A stretch of DNA of 64,000 bases from Rhodobacteraceae bacterium HLUCCA09 (GTDB taxonomy: Bacteria; Pseudomonadota; Alphaproteobacteria; Rhodobacterales; Rhodobacteraceae). Every line of letters begins with the position of its first letter. Position 1 is the stretch's first letter. The notes beneath the pieces are model-generated. The model was not told the DNA's origin. It saw nothing but the letters and a program-made list of their open reading frames with translations, and did not search any database. The position numbers were made by a program, and so were the translations under genes. Location of the stretch: NCBI GenBank assembly GCA_001314685.1, contig LJNT01000118.1:2472-66471 (forward strand), written 5' to 3'. This document shows positions 63,264 through 64,000 of this stretch, one piece after another.

Positions 63264-64000
63264 ATGTCCAACACCGCCGAGCTGGAAGCCGCGATCGAGG
63301 CCGCCTGGGAAGAGCGCGACCGGATCAGCCCTGCGACCAAGGGCGAGACGCGCAACGCCATCGAGGCAACGCTGGGCGCGCTCGACTCGGGCCGGCTGCG
63401 CGTGGCCGAACGGGGCGAGGACGGGCAGTGGCACGTCAACCAATGGGCCAAGAAGGCGGTGCTGCTGGGCTTCCGGCTCCGCGACATGCACCAGCAGTCG
63501 GGCGGGCCGCAGGGTGGCGCCTGGTGGGACAAGGTCGACAGCAAGTTCGCCGGCTGGGGCGACCCCGAATGGAAGGCGGCCGGTTTTCGCGCGGTGCCCA
63601 ACTGCGTGGTGCGGCGCTCGGCCTTCATCGCGCCGGGCGTGGTGCTGATGCCCTCGTTCGTCAATCTCGGCGCCTATGTCGACGAGGGCACGATGGTCGA
63701 CACCTGGGCGACCGTGGGCTCGTGCGCGCAGATCGGCAAGAACGTGCACCTGTCGGGCGGCGTCGGCATTGGCGGCGTGCTGGAGCCGATGCAGGCCAAT
63801 CCCACGATCATCGAGGACAATTGTTTCATCGGTGCCCGGTCCGAGGTGGTCGAGGGCTGCATCGTGCGCGAGGGCTCGGTGCTGGGGATGGGCGTGTTCA
63901 TCGGCCAGTCGACCAAGATCGTCGACCGCGAGACCGGCGAGGTCTTCATGGGCGAGGTGCCGCCCTATTCGGTGGTGGTGTCGGGGTCGATGCCGTCGAA
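63264..64000 (+). CDS. dapD: 2,3,4,5-tetrahydropyridine-2,6-dicarboxylate N-succinyltransferase, 3' end outside window
   Basis: My own translation from ATG 63264: [19 protein letters not shown]...[18 protein letters not shown]...hexapeptide-repeat region. No stop before base 64000, so it is absent from the ORF track. Confidence 0.9.
   Translation, partial: MSNTAELEAAIEAAWEERDRISPATKGETRNAIEATLGALDSGRLRVAERGEDGQWHVNQWAKKAVLLGFRLRDMHQQSGGPQGGAWWDKVDSKFAGWGDPEWKAAGFRAVPNCVVRRSAFIAPGVVLMPSFVNLGAYVDEGTMVDTWATVGSCAQIGKNVHLSGGVGIGGVLEPMQANPTIIEDNCFIGARSEVVEGCIVREGSVLGMGVFIGQSTKIVDRETGEVFMGEVPPYSVVVSGSMPS

Overview
High-GC alphaproteobacterial chromosomal segment. G+C was judged by eye, not computed. 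The Rhodobacterales-like assignment is an inference from gene content. I call about 62 protein genes. I could not recognise any rRNA, tRNA, CRISPR array, IS element or prophage. Left to right: a 5'-truncated FHA protein plus a PP2C phosphatase; a dabB-dabA inorganic-carbon pump preceded by a TetR gene; an AEC transporter; small stress proteins (Pmp3/YqaE, CsbD); and the ccoGHIS cbb3-oxidase maturation operon with an FNR-type box, followed by yaaA. Next comes a ~17-kb divergon (14.2-31.4 kb). It pairs a ribose-type (CUT2) ABC importer, two BudC-like SDRs, a beta-hydroxyacid dehydrogenase and a ThuA-like protein with an opposing operon. That operon encodes a winged-helix/solute-binding-protein fusion regulator, an M24 hydrolase, AcoAB-type E1 alpha/beta, a double-lipoyl scaffold, an aldehyde dehydrogenase and a lipoyl-less E2 core. 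The remainder is mostly housekeeping: recQ, yggT, lytic transglycosylase, smpB, sseA, an aminotransferase, dapE, rnr, glnK-amtB, a class A PBP, RidA, GDPD, phhB, a peroxiredoxin, rsmD, glpK, rfbCBDA, fghA, a UbiA prenyltransferase, LOG and dapD. Best leads: (1) the divergon as an uncharacterised catabolic pathway with a split, E3BP-like E2 architecture and a cytoplasmic SBP-fold regulator; (2) a Cys-less sulfiredoxin/ParB-fold miniprotein behind a Prx5-type peroxiredoxin; (3) a dispersed AT-rich intergenic repeat family (5 copies, one as a MITE-like inverted pair); (4) a structured intergenic element inside the catabolic operon. All functional calls rest on motif and family recognition by eye. 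No database search was run.
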